A DNA stretch of 64,000 nt from Myxococcota bacterium (GTDB lineage: Bacteria > Myxococcota_A > UBA9160 > SMWR01). The notes below the pieces were generated by a model, which saw nothing but the letters and a program-made list of their open reading frames with translations, had not been told where the DNA came from and searched no databases. The translations under genes were made by a program, and so were the position numbers. Positions 54,318 to 63,816 of the stretch are shown here, in pieces. Positions within the stretch are counted from its first letter, which is position 1. Each line of letters begins with the position of its first letter. Location: assembly GCA_030749415.1 (NCBI GenBank), contig JASMKC010000023.1:2833-66832 (forward strand), in the 5' to 3' direction.

Positions 54318-54689
54318 TCACCCGTTGTAGATCGAGTCGCCTTCCGCTGTCTCGGAAGAAAGCCTCGGGCGCAGCCTGAAGGCAGCGCCCAGTCCGAGCA
54401 GGGCCGCCAGCAGCAGGACCACACTACCCGGCGAGAGCACGGGCACTCCCGGCGCATCCGAACCGGCCGTGCCGAACTGGAGTGCCAGCTTGCCCTTGTC
54501 CCCGACGAAGGGGTCGCTGGTGCCACCGGCGATCAGATCGGCGAAGCCATCGCCGTTGAAATCGCTGCAGGCAACGGTGATTCCCATGAAGTCCCCGAAA
54601 AGGTCGTCGTCCTCAACGGCGATCGAGCCGCCCGCTCCGATCACGGTGGTGACCGGGGCGGTCGGGGTCACGGCGAGGTCGATGGTCAT
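54318..54689 (-). CDS. FG-GAP-repeat fragment with a C-terminal sorting-signal-like tail (probably a remnant)
   Basis: CSDFNGDGFADLIAGG, then GVPVLSPGSVVLLLAALLGLGAAFRLRPR. It has no signal peptide and begins 19 nt after the desaturase stop. Confidence 0.35.
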   Translation of the reverse strand: MTIDLAVTPTAPVTTVIGAGGSIAVEDDDLFGDFMGITVACSDFNGDGFADLIAGGTSDPFVGDKGKLALQFGTAGSDAPGVPVLSPGSVVLLLAALLGLGAAFRLRPRLSSETAEGDSIYNG

Positions 54690-54707
54690 GGGTGGGGCGC
54701 GTCGGCC

Positions 54708-55610
54708 CTACGCGGGCACCGTCTTCGCGAAGAGCTGCCGGTAGCCGTTCGGGAACTCGGTCTCTGCGTAGATTCCCTTCGACTCCAGGAAGTGGTGGAA
54801 CGCCGGCAGGTGGTAGCAGGGGACGTTCGCCTGGAAGTGGTGCTCCAGGTGGTAGTTGAGGTGGAACGGGGCGACGAAGAGCTTCTCCCACCAGCGAACC
54901 AGGGTGGTGCGGGTGTTCATTCGGGGGTCGAGGTCGAAGAGGTCCGGTACGGCGCCGTGCTCGGCCACCTGCCGCAGACGGGCGATTAGCATGTAGGAGG
55001 TCAGGTAGGCGGCGGGCCACATCGCGTAGAGCAGACCCTCACCGAACGCGTGAAGCACGGCGAACATGGCACCGTTCACGATCGCGTGACCGGCCAGGGC
55101 GTTGCCGTTCCAGGGCGCCTTCGCGAGTTCGGTGCGACCGCGCCGCCAGGCGGCGCGCAGGGCCTTCCAGCCCGTCCGCCCCGTGAGGTCGCGAACAATC
55201 TTGCGGTGCAAGCTCTCCTTCGTGATCGGATAGGCCTGGTAGTTGGGGAGGTCGGGGTCCTTCCGGGTGCCCGCGAACGCGTGATGCTTCTGATGGCCGG
55301 CCGCGTAGCGGTGCACGTCGGACAGGATCGGGTAGGCGCACAGCCACTGGCCGATGACGGCGTTTGCCCGGTCGCCCGGGAACAGCGCCCGGTGGCCGCA
55401 GTCGTGCATCAAGGCGGCGAACGCGAGCTGACGCCCACCGAGCAGCGCAATCCCCACGAGGATCGTGAGCGGGTTCGTCCACGCGGCGACCCCGCAGAAG
55501 ATCGCCGCGATGAACGCCCAGTTGAAGGCGACGTAGCCGATTGCCTTCGATTGGCTTCGCTCCGTGAAGGGGGCGAGTTCTTCTCGGGTCGCGACGTCCG
55601 TGATCTTCAT
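54708..55610 (-). CDS. membrane fatty-acid desaturase-family protein
   Basis: His boxes HDCGH, HQKHH and HLEHH, with TM segments. Confidence 0.85.
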   Translation of the reverse strand: MKITDVATREELAPFTERSQSKAIGYVAFNWAFIAAIFCGVAAWTNPLTILVGIALLGGRQLAFAALMHDCGHRALFPGDRANAVIGQWLCAYPILSDVHRYAAGHQKHHAFAGTRKDPDLPNYQAYPITKESLHRKIVRDLTGRTGWKALRAAWRRGRTELAKAPWNGNALAGHAIVNGAMFAVLHAFGEGLLYAMWPAAYLTSYMLIARLRQVAEHGAVPDLFDLDPRMNTRTTLVRWWEKLFVAPFHLNYHLEHHFQANVPCYHLPAFHHFLESKGIYAETEFPNGYRQLFAKTVPA

Positions 55611-55669
55611 CTCGCTCTCCTCTCTCCCCGTCGGCTCGATCTACTAGGCGGATCCGACGGCTAGGTTCG

Positions 55670-56545
55670 TCAGGCTGGCTCCGACGCAGCGGCGAGGCCT
55701 CCGACGTCTGCAGGGCTTCTCTCGAGTTCGACCGACTCCCCCGCCCAGGTCTTCCAGCAGTTTCGGCCGATGCGGTCGTAGCGTCGCATCTCGTCCACCA
55801 ACGCACGCCGACTCCTGGTGTCGACGATCGGCTCCGGAAGCAGGGGGTCGAGCACGATCTGGCGGACGGCTTCGCCCCCCAGCCGGAACGACTCCGCCAT
55901 GGCCTCCGCTTCGGGCAGCGAGGGCAGTCGCCTGGCGCTCGCCTCGAGTTGCACGCGGATCTCCGCGTAGCCGGTCTCGAGGGCCGCTGTGTCCCACAAC
56001 GAACGGGCCCGGGCGTCGGTGTCCGGATCGAGGCAGGACAGCTCGAAGACGATCGGTGCCGGCGCAACCCCGAGTGCTGCCAGGCGCTGACGCAGGGCGG
56101 TGGCGCCACCCACGAGATTGTCGGGCCGAACCCGAAGCGTCGGAGCCAGGGCCTCGAAGCCCAGCAGCCGCAGGGCTCGCTCGCGGGTGCGCACCGCCTT
56201 TCGGTCGCCGCGGGGCAGGCCGCTCGTCTCCACGCCGACCCAGGCCCCGCCCCATTCGCTCACGCCCTGCTCGATGGATCGCCAGGACCTGACCTCACGG
56301 TTGACGGGCTCGGCGGCCGGGCTCAGCCGGTAGAGCCCGCGCTCGTCCGACTCCACGAGCCCGCGGGCTCGCAGCCGCGCGAGGGCGACGCGCATGCTGT
56401 TCTCACCGATGCCGAGAATGGCCGCGGCGCGCACCAGCGCTCCAACTGTTACCGGGAATCGAGCCGGCACGGTGGACAGCAGGTCGATGGCGAGGCTCTT
56501 GGCAGAGAGGCGGGAGCTGGGCAGTTGATACGGTGAGTTGGGCAT
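55670..56545 (-). CDS. PaaX-family transcriptional regulator
   Basis: N-terminal winged-helix region (LVRAAAILGIGENSMRVALARLRARGLV) plus a PaaX-type C-terminal domain of matching length. Confidence 0.65.
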   Translation of the reverse strand: MPNSPYQLPSSRLSAKSLAIDLLSTVPARFPVTVGALVRAAAILGIGENSMRVALARLRARGLVESDERGLYRLSPAAEPVNREVRSWRSIEQGVSEWGGAWVGVETSGLPRGDRKAVRTRERALRLLGFEALAPTLRVRPDNLVGGATALRQRLAALGVAPAPIVFELSCLDPDTDARARSLWDTAALETGYAEIRVQLEASARRLPSLPEAEAMAESFRLGGEAVRQIVLDPLLPEPIVDTRSRRALVDEMRRYDRIGRNCWKTWAGESVELERSPADVGGLAAASEPA

Positions 56546-56551
56546 GCCGTC

Positions 56552-56576
56552 GATCTCTGTTATTACACTAGAGATC
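56552..56576. promoter_or_regulatory. perfect 7-bp inverted repeat immediately upstream of the paaX-like start
   Basis: GATCTCT-gttattacact-AGAGATC in an AT-rich stretch, 7 nt from the ATG at 56545. Confidence 0.3.
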
Positions 56577-56619
56577 TACATACCACAATATATGAAATGT
56601 TTTTGCCTCTGTGGGGCGC

Positions 56620-58314
56620 TCAGTGGCTCTCGCGCCAGGGGTCCCAGGCCTCATCGAGCTCCGGGAGCAGGTCCCGGTCGCCGAATACGCGTCCCGCCAG
56701 GACCGCCTTCAGCAGGTCGGCCTCCAGAATCTCACCGGCCGTGGCCACGCCGCCTCGCATTACCCCGGCGATTCCGGGTCCCGAGGGCGTGCTGGCTCCG
56801 CACAGGAAGAGGCCGGGAATCTCGGTGCGCGGCCCCACGCGCAGGGGACCCGCCTGGTTGCAGGACATCTCGATCCCGTAGGAGGTGCCACCCGTGGAAC
56901 GCGTGAAGCGCTCCTGGCTCACGGGGGTTGCCGCCTCTTTCCAGGCGATGTGCTCGCGCAGATCGGGGATCACGAGCTGGGCGGCGTCGATGAGATGCTC
57001 CATCACGTCCGTCTTGCGCCGGCGGTATTCGGGGTCGCGGTGATAGCGACCGCCCTCGGCCGGACCCTGCTCCACGTTCCAGATCGAGTAGCTGCGCGGC
57101 ACCAGGGTCATGATCTGCAGGTTCGTGAAGCCCTCGGGCGCGAGCCGGGTGCAGGTCGGGTCCTTCAGGCTCGCCGCCGTCACGTAGGCCATGGCGTCTT
57201 CCGAGATCTTGTCGGCGTCGAGGTCATCGTAGACCGCCTCGATGTCGTAGTTGCCCCAGATGAAGTGGTTGCTGTTGGGCATGCCACGGGCGCGGAGGTC
57301 GACGTCGAGACCCACGTAGACGCAGAAGAGGGGCATGGCCATGCGAAGGGACTCGATTCGTTCGGCCGTTTCCGGGCAGAGGTGCTCGCGTCCCACCAGT
57401 TCGGCGAACGTCCGCTTCACGTCTGCGTTGGAGACGACGACCGGGGCATCGATCTCCTGGGGCGCGCGGCTCTTCTTGCCCGCGACGACCCCGACGACGC
57501 GGCCGTCCTCGATGCGGATCCGGTGGACGGGGCTCTGGGTGCGCACCTCCCCGCCGTAGGCCCGGATCGCCTCGATGAGCCTGCCCGCAATCACCTGCCC
57601 CCCGCCCTCGGGATAGCAGGCGCCGCGCAGGAAGTGATCGGCGAGCCCGGCCGCCATTGCGACCGGTGTGTCGGAGGGGCGCACCGCGTAGCAGCCCTGC
57701 TCGCCCAGGATCACCGCGGCGGCGCGATGCGAGAGCCCTTTCTCGGTGAAGAGTTCGGTCACCGGCCGCAGCCCCCACTCCAAGAAGCCCGGCGCTTCTT
57801 CCGCGACATCTTCCATGGCGATCTCTTCGCGCTGCAGGTCGCGCCCGGCCCGAGCCACATCCTGCATCACGTCGAGGACCGACGTGAGCGCATCGCGCTC
57901 GGCCGGGAATGTCTCGAGCAGCCGGGCCCGGTAGCGATCCCAACCGAATGGAACCCGGAACGAGAGATCCGGGAAGTGCAGGGTGGAGTAGCCATCCGAA
58001 TCGAGCGGACGGAACACCACGCGCTCGGCGAGGCCCAGTCCCCCGAGAACCGCCGTGATCACACCGTCGCGGCCGCACTCGCCGATGTAATGGATGCCTA
58101 CGTCGAACTCGTACTCGCGACCCTTGTGCTTGCGCCGGAACACCTGGGAGTTGCCACCCGCCACGTAGTGCGCTTCCAGAACCAGGGTGCGCCGACCGGC
58201 GGCGCAGAGATATGCGGCCGTCGCCAGCCCGCCGAGTCCCGATCCGATTACAATGGCGTCCCAGCTCTCGCGTTCGTCACGCTTGACATCGGTCACACGA
58301 TCCTCCGTTCCCAT
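56620..58314 (-). CDS. CrtI-like (phytoene desaturase-family) NAD(P)/FAD oxidoreductase
   Basis: ATG 58314. Motifs DAIVIGSGLGGLATAAYL and C-terminal GLFLCGASTPSGPGIAGVMRGG. Confidence 0.85.
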   Translation of the reverse strand: MGTEDRVTDVKRDERESWDAIVIGSGLGGLATAAYLCAAGRRTLVLEAHYVAGGNSQVFRRKHKGREYEFDVGIHYIGECGRDGVITAVLGGLGLAERVVFRPLDSDGYSTLHFPDLSFRVPFGWDRYRARLLETFPAERDALTSVLDVMQDVARAGRDLQREEIAMEDVAEEAPGFLEWGLRPVTELFTEKGLSHRAAAVILGEQGCYAVRPSDTPVAMAAGLADHFLRGACYPEGGGQVIAGRLIEAIRAYGGEVRTQSPVHRIRIEDGRVVGVVAGKKSRAPQEIDAPVVVSNADVKRTFAELVGREHLCPETAERIESLRMAMPLFCVYVGLDVDLRARGMPNSNHFIWGNYDIEAVYDDLDADKISEDAMAYVTAASLKDPTCTRLAPEGFTNLQIMTLVPRSYSIWNVEQGPAEGGRYHRDPEYRRRKTDVMEHLIDAAQLVIPDLREHIAWKEAATPVSQERFTRSTGGTSYGIEMSCNQAGPLRVGPRTEIPGLFLCGASTPSGPGIAGVMRGGVATAGEILEADLLKAVLAGRVFGDRDLLPELDEAWDPWRESH

Positions 58315-58463
58315 TCTGTTCACCAGGAGCGAGCAGCGTGCCACGCTTCGGTCCGAAGGGTACACCCCGCGCTTCGCGGCTTGGAAGTTCGAGCCAGGTT
58401 TCAATGCCAAACTTTACCAGAGGCCGCTTGAAACCAGCCGCCGAGGTCCGCCGCAGCACCGCG

Positions 58464-59102
58464 TTAGACGGTGGACGGCTCGTTCTCCGCATGAAGCCTG
58501 GGCAGGAATTCTGCGAGATAGCTCATCTCCTCGTGACAGTGCTTGACGAGGCCTTCGCCCGCGGAATCTGGAAAGAGTCTGCGTCGAGATTCTGCGTCCG
58601 GAGCGAGTTCTGGAGGATCGAAGTCTCCCAGCCAGAAGCGGCTGCGCATTTCACAGCCATAGTCTGTGTCTCGGCAGAGATGAATGAGGTGACCTGCCCA
58701 GATCGAAGAGCCCAGCGGGCCCACGCGTGCGCACACGGCAGCTGTCACACCGGCTTCCGAGAATCTCGACACGTCTAGATATTCGGCAGGATCGCGGAAG
58801 TGAATTCTGAGCTTCTGAAGCACTCCTCCGATGTATTCGTGAACGTGATGAGTTCCTCCGATGAAGTTTCTGCTGCCGACCTCGTCGATCCATTCGCACC
58901 AGACATGATCTTTGGGGTGCCACCATCTGTACTGTTCGGTTGTTTCGAGGAAGTCGAACCACCATTCGACCATATGTCCCGCGCATCCGAACATCGTGGT
59001 CCAATTTGCAACATGGAGTTGACCATCGGAAAGACGCTTGTATCCCGATTCGAAGTCAAGATAGCCTGGGTCCAAGAGCTGGTTTGCTTCCGCGAGTTCC
59101 AA
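58464..59102 (-). CDS. hypothetical protein (His/Trp-rich; possibly a metal-dependent hydrolase of the DAPG-hydrolase/PhlG type)
   Basis: TTG 59102 lies 5 nt after GGGGAG. Clean 212-aa ORF with WWHPKDH and GGTHHVHEY. The family call is tentative. Confidence 0.55.
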   Translation of the reverse strand: MELAEANQLLDPGYLDFESGYKRLSDGQLHVANWTTMFGCAGHMVEWWFDFLETTEQYRWWHPKDHVWCEWIDEVGSRNFIGGTHHVHEYIGGVLQKLRIHFRDPAEYLDVSRFSEAGVTAAVCARVGPLGSSIWAGHLIHLCRDTDYGCEMRSRFWLGDFDPPELAPDAESRRRLFPDSAGEGLVKHCHEEMSYLAEFLPRLHAENEPSTV

Positions 59103-59213
59103 GAAATCTCCCCACCGTCTAACGGATTGCTACTCAGCTGCGGACAGCAGCGCTGCCGAAGGCTACCAGGCTTGGATTGGAATGTACCATTGGCTACCAG
59201 CTGCAGTGATTTG

Positions 59214-59816
59214 TTATGTGGAGCGGGTGACCTTGCGCTGGACCGCAGCCTTCAGGTGGTGCATCCGGTCCTGGCCCCAGTAGAGCTTGCCCGCAAAGAT
59301 AAAGGATGGAACTCCGAATACTCCGTCCTGCTCACCGGCCCGCCGCCAGCCTCGGCCTGCCTCTTTGCGGAGCACCTCGGAGTGCGCGTCGGCAAGGACC
59401 TGCGAAGCATCCGTTCCTGCCGCCTCGGCTGCTCGGGCGAGGACCGAGTCGTCACCGAGGTCGGCGCCCTCTGCGAACCGCTGGCGGAATAGCGCGAGAG
59501 TCAACGGGAGCCACTGGCCGCGGTGGATGGCAGCCAGCGCAGCTGCGTGGGACAGGGACCAATCACAGTCTAGAACGCGCGGGAATTGCACCGTGAGCGA
59601 GTAGTCCCGGGCTAGGCGTCGCACGTCTTGCACGAGGAAGGCGAGCTTTGCCTCGAGGCTACTGGGATCGTTTGGAAACTGCTCGGGCGTCGGGAAGACG
59701 GGAACCGGTTCGACTCCCACATCGAGATCTGCGAGTTCCGCCTCGATCCGTTCGGCCGCGATCCAGGCATAGGGGCTTCGGAAGCTGAAGTAAAAACGAA
59801 TACTGGTCTGGCTCAT
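59214..59816 (-). CDS. DsbA-like 2-hydroxychromene-2-carboxylate isomerase-family protein
   Basis: ATG 59816. Motifs IRFYFSFRSPYAW and GVFGVPSFIFAGKLYWGQDR. Confidence 0.8.
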   Translation of the reverse strand: MSQTSIRFYFSFRSPYAWIAAERIEAELADLDVGVEPVPVFPTPEQFPNDPSSLEAKLAFLVQDVRRLARDYSLTVQFPRVLDCDWSLSHAAALAAIHRGQWLPLTLALFRQRFAEGADLGDDSVLARAAEAAGTDASQVLADAHSEVLRKEAGRGWRRAGEQDGVFGVPSFIFAGKLYWGQDRMHHLKAAVQRKVTRST

Positions 59817-60009
59817 GGGACGAACTCGTACGCGGGCCGTTAGCCTCCCGCCACCCAACGGACCGGGCGCTCGGCGGCGAGCCGCAGCACCTCCGCGGCT
59901 CGCTGGAAGCGCAAGAGTTGCAAAGCCCGGAGGCTACCAGGACTCGGCTGGAATGCACCGTGGCTCGTGCCTTGCAGCGCCTGGTCAAGCAGCCGATTCG
60001 CGGAGCCGC

Positions 60010-60846
60010 TCAAGGCGTGGCCTTTGGCGCCAACACGCGAATGCAGTCGATCTCCATCTGGGCCGCAGGTGGTGTGGTGTGATCGGGAAGACCTGCGAAC
60101 TGGCCGCCGGCTGCGAGAGCCACATTCAAGTACATGGGAACTTGGGGAATGTGCTCGGTAGCGCTGTGCCGTTGGCTGCTATCGACGAACCAATTGATCT
60201 CGTTCGGCGTCCACTCGATCGCGAATGTGTGCATGCCAGCCGAGAAGTCGGGTCCTGAGAAACTTCCCGTGTGGAAGCGGAACTGGCCTGGCGCCTCGAG
60301 CCAATGGTGGCTCATATGAACGCGATCGGGTTCGCTCCCGCGGATCTCGAGAACGTCGATCTCTGGGGGCCACTCAAGGGATTCGGGAAGCAGCCAGACC
60401 GCGGGCCATAGGCCCTGTCCTTTGGGGACGTGAGCCCGGACTTCGACTCGACCATATTTGAAGGAGAACTTTCCGTGCGTGGTGACAGTCCCCGAAGCGA
60501 AGGGAAGCGTCTGCCCGTGGTAGAGAGTAGGGGTCTTGGTGAGCGAGATTCGGAGAATGCCGTCTTCGACGGAAATCGCCTCCGCCACGTATCCCTGCTG
60601 CTCCCAGTTGATGATCCGGTTCCGAGGATTTTGGGTATTCCACCGGGACGAATCCAGCTGAGCAGCCTGGAAGCAGTCCTCGAACAAGACTGGACGAACG
60701 TCGGCAGACTCTGCGCCGCTTAGCGTGGGCAATAGTGCTGAGGCCACGATGAAGATCTTCGCAAACGCCTCGCCGCAGCGAAGCCAGGCGTCGAGATCGC
60801 GCAGGATCTCGTCCGAGTCATCCTCGAGGGTGTCCCAGCGTGTCAC
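60010..60846 (-). CDS. glycoside hydrolase family 16 (beta-glucanase/laminarinase-like)
   Basis: Catalytic EIDVLE motif; GLWPAVWLLP also present. GTG 60846, 8 nt after GGGGAG, avoids overlap with the SDR gene. The ORF extends to 60918. Confidence 0.8.
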   Translation of the reverse strand: MTRWDTLEDDSDEILRDLDAWLRCGEAFAKIFIVASALLPTLSGAESADVRPVLFEDCFQAAQLDSSRWNTQNPRNRIINWEQQGYVAEAISVEDGILRISLTKTPTLYHGQTLPFASGTVTTHGKFSFKYGRVEVRAHVPKGQGLWPAVWLLPESLEWPPEIDVLEIRGSEPDRVHMSHHWLEAPGQFRFHTGSFSGPDFSAGMHTFAIEWTPNEINWFVDSSQRHSATEHIPQVPMYLNVALAAGGQFAGLPDHTTPPAAQMEIDCIRVLAPKATP

Positions 60847-60886
60847 GTCGCTCGCTCCCCCGTTGCAGCGGGTCGTCCGTCGCCTT

Positions 60887-61690
60887 TCAGTCGAGATCGA
60901 AGGCCGCCAGGATCTCATTGGCCCTCGCCTCGAAGCCCAGCTTCATGTCCGCGTGGGGCAGGATGTAGAAGTCGCCGCGCTTGATGCCGCGAATGACGCG
61001 CTCGGCGATCACCGCTGGCTCCGTCGCGTTCGCGAGCATCTGGGCCATGAATTCGTTGGGCTCCTCCGGGCCGGAGCCCAGCTCGGCCGGTCGATTGCGA
61101 TGCCCCTCGTGCAGGCGGGTCTTCACGAACGAAGGGCAGACGACCGAGACGCCGATTCCGGCCGGCGCCAGCTCTCCGCGCAGGGTCTCGGAGATTCCGA
61201 CGACCGCGTACTTCGTCGCGGTGTAGATCCCCACCGTCGGCAATGCGATCAGCCCCGCGATCGAAGCAGTGTTCACGACGTGGCCCCCCTCCCCCTGCTC
61301 CTTGATCCTGGGGACGAGGGCCTGGATGCCGTGGACGACGCCCATCAGGTTGACGCCGAGGCACCACTTCCAGTCCTCGGGTGTGGTCTCGTCGATTGCA
61401 TCGGCGGGAGCGACGCCCGCGTTGTTGCACAGGATATGCACCTTGCCGAAGGCCTCGATGGCAGCATCGGCAGCCGCCATGACGGACCCGCGGTCTGACA
61501 CGTCGCACTGCACGCCGATCACCTCGGCGCCCGAGGCGAGGAGATCTCCCTCGGCCTTCTCGAGTGCCTCGGCTTCGATGTCGGCGAGCACGATCCTCGC
61601 TCCCTCCTTCGCGAAGCCCTCGGCCAGGGCCAGGCCGATACCCGATGCCCCACCCGTCACGAACGCGACCCGTCCAGCCAGATCTTCCAT
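60887..61690 (-). CDS. SDR-family oxidoreductase
   Basis: VTGGASGIGLA, NNAG and YTATKYAV (YxxxK). Confidence 0.9.
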   Translation of the reverse strand: MEDLAGRVAFVTGGASGIGLALAEGFAKEGARIVLADIEAEALEKAEGDLLASGAEVIGVQCDVSDRGSVMAAADAAIEAFGKVHILCNNAGVAPADAIDETTPEDWKWCLGVNLMGVVHGIQALVPRIKEQGEGGHVVNTASIAGLIALPTVGIYTATKYAVVGISETLRGELAPAGIGVSVVCPSFVKTRLHEGHRNRPAELGSGPEEPNEFMAQMLANATEPAVIAERVIRGIKRGDFYILPHADMKLGFEARANEILAAFDLD

Positions 61691-61851
61691 TCCTGTTTTC
61701 TAGCCCCCTGCCCGAGTTTTTGCCGAGCATAGCGCCGTGCCGCCGCACTGTGGAATTCGCTCGGCCGCGCATGTCGAGGCCTATGTTACGTTCGGGTGCT
61801 TCAGATCGGGGCGCGTTCTCGGTGCCGGACCCGGCTCAGGAGATGACCAGG

Positions 61852-63816
61852 ATGTTCGAGCACCTCTTCACCCCGGTCCACATCGGAAAGATGAAGGTCA
61901 AGAACCGCATCGGACTTCCCCCCATGACGGTGGGATACGGCACGGCCGATGCGACTCTTACCGACCGGCATCGCGCGTACTACGAAGCCAGGGCAAAGGG
62001 CGGTGCCGGACTCATCGTGACCGAGGCCGCGGCCGTCAACGCCAACCGCAAGTACGGGCTCTATCCCCTCGGCCTCTACGAAGACGAGCAGATTCCGAGT
62101 TGGGCGAAGCTGGCGGAGGCGGTGCATCCCCACGGGACGAAGGTCGGAGTCCAGCTGATGGATCCCGGTCCCGAGTCCATCCAGATGCTCACCGGAATCC
62201 AGCCGGTCGGCCCCTCTGCGGTGGTCGGCCGCAGCCACTTCCGCTCGCTGCCCAGGGAGATGACCACCGGCGAGGTCGAGGCCGTGGTGGAGGACTTCGC
62301 CCGGGCGGTGCGCCGCGCGCGAGATGCGGGTCTCGATTGCGTCCAGATCCACGCCGCCCATGGTTATGCGATGGTGGGCTCCTTCCTCTCCCCATTCTTC
62401 AACAAGCGAACCGATCGCTATGGGGGCTCGCTCGAGGGCCGACTGCAGATCCTGCTCGAGATCATCGACGCCACCCGGGCGGAGGTCGGTCCCGACTTCC
62501 CCATCATGCTGCGCATGTCGGGGGACGAGCGCCGCGCGGGCGGACGCTCTTTGCAGGAAACCCAGTTCATCGTACGCATGCTGGTGGAAGCGGGCGTCGA
62601 CGGGTTGGAGGTCTCCGGCGGCGCGATTCCCACGGTCTTCTATGCCGTCGTGCCTCCCCAGGGCACGGAGCTGGCTCCGAACGCGAACTTCGCCAGGGCG
62701 ATCAAAGAGGTGGTGGACATCCCGATTCTCTGCGTCGGGCGCATCAATACGCCGAGGTTGGCGGAGTTCGTCATCGCCACGGGGAGGGCGGACCTCGTCT
62801 CCATGGGACGGGCGCTCAACGCCGATCCCGACATGCCCAACAAGGCCGCCGAGGGCCGGTTGGACGAGGTCAGGCCCTGTGTGGGCTGCAACGAGGGCTG
62901 CATCAGCGCCGTCATGAAGGGGCTGCCCGCCGGCTGCATCATCAATACGTCGGCCGGCAAGGAGATCGAGGGCCCCCTGGTTCCGGCCGAGCAATCGAAG
63001 CGCGTGCTCGTGGCGGGCGGCGGCCCCGCCGGCCTCGAGGCGGCGCGCGTCGCCGCAGTTCGCGGGCACGATGTCACCCTGTGCGAGCGAAGCGAGAAGC
63101 TCGGCGGTCAAGTGAACCTCGCCAGCGTTGCGCCCTTCAAGCAGGAAGTCAGCCAGGTCGTGGGCTACCTCTCGCGAGAGGTGGAGAAGGCCGGGGTGAA
63201 GGTTGAACTGGGCAAAGAGGTGACAGCCTCGCTGGTCGACGAACTCGCGCCCGACGTCGTGATCCTGGCTACGGGCGCCACGCCGCTGCGCCCCGCCAGC
63301 ATCCCGGGAATCGATGGCGAGAAGGTCGTGAGCGCCTGGGACGTGCTGGCCGGCAAGTCCGAAGCTGCGCTGGCCAGCAACGTCCTGATCATCGGCGGCG
63401 GCCTGGTTGCCTGCGAGTTGGCGGACTTTCTGGCCGACACTCACGACAATACGGGCGCCATGCCCACCGAGGTGACGATGCTCGAGATGCAGCCCCTGAT
63501 GGCGATGCAGAGCGTCTTCGAGATACGTCACCTGCTGATGAAGAGACTGCACGAAAAGGGCGTGCAGATGATCAACGGCGCCACGGTCAACAGGATCCTG
63601 GAGGATGGCGCCGTCTACACCACTGGCGACGGAGGGGAAGAGACCATTCGCGGCGCCGAGTACGTGATCCTCGCCATGGGCTCCCAGCCCAACGACGAAC
63701 TCTCGGCCAAGCTCGAGGCGATGGCCCCGGAGGTCCACGTGATCGGAGACGCGAAGCAGATCGCCAGGATCCTCGAGGCAACCTCGGCCGCGGCGGAACT
63801 CGCGCGCCAGATCTAG
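61852..63816 (+). CDS. Old-Yellow-Enzyme-type NADH:flavin oxidoreductase fused to an FAD/NAD(P) domain (2,4-dienoyl-CoA reductase FadH-like)
   Basis: ATG 61852 lies 9 nt after AGGAG. Motifs: NRIGLPPMT, DCVQIHAAHGYAM, Fe-S motif CVGCNEGC, VLVAGGGPAGLEAA. Confidence 0.9.
   Translation: MFEHLFTPVHIGKMKVKNRIGLPPMTVGYGTADATLTDRHRAYYEARAKGGAGLIVTEAAAVNANRKYGLYPLGLYEDEQIPSWAKLAEAVHPHGTKVGVQLMDPGPESIQMLTGIQPVGPSAVVGRSHFRSLPREMTTGEVEAVVEDFARAVRRARDAGLDCVQIHAAHGYAMVGSFLSPFFNKRTDRYGGSLEGRLQILLEIIDATRAEVGPDFPIMLRMSGDERRAGGRSLQETQFIVRMLVEAGVDGLEVSGGAIPTVFYAVVPPQGTELAPNANFARAIKEVVDIPILCVGRINTPRLAEFVIATGRADLVSMGRALNADPDMPNKAAEGRLDEVRPCVGCNEGCISAVMKGLPAGCIINTSAGKEIEGPLVPAEQSKRVLVAGGGPAGLEAARVAAVRGHDVTLCERSEKLGGQVNLASVAPFKQEVSQVVGYLSREVEKAGVKVELGKEVTASLVDELAPDVVILATGATPLRPASIPGIDGEKVVSAWDVLAGKSEAALASNVLIIGGGLVACELADFLADTHDNTGAMPTEVTMLEMQPLMAMQSVFEIRHLLMKRLHEKGVQMINGATVNRILEDGAVYTTGDGGEETIRGAEYVILAMGSQPNDELSAKLEAMAPEVHVIGDAKQIARILEATSAAAELARQI

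Noticed and set aside
56611-58431. 606-aa ORF antisense to the CrtI-like gene. Similar long antisense ORFs: 61801-63738, 38066-39832, 28159-29670, 21396-23030, 17702-18715, 40744-42069, 4051-5094, 5109-6557
   Set aside because: Same reasoning. These are shadow ORFs of high-GC coding regions with no family signatures.
60847-60918. Upstream ATG (60918) as the start of the GH16 gene
   Set aside because: It would overlap the SDR gene end by 32 nt and add ~55 residues before the hydrophobic signal-like segment. GTG 60846 has a GGGGAG ribosome-binding site and is more plausible, though unverified.
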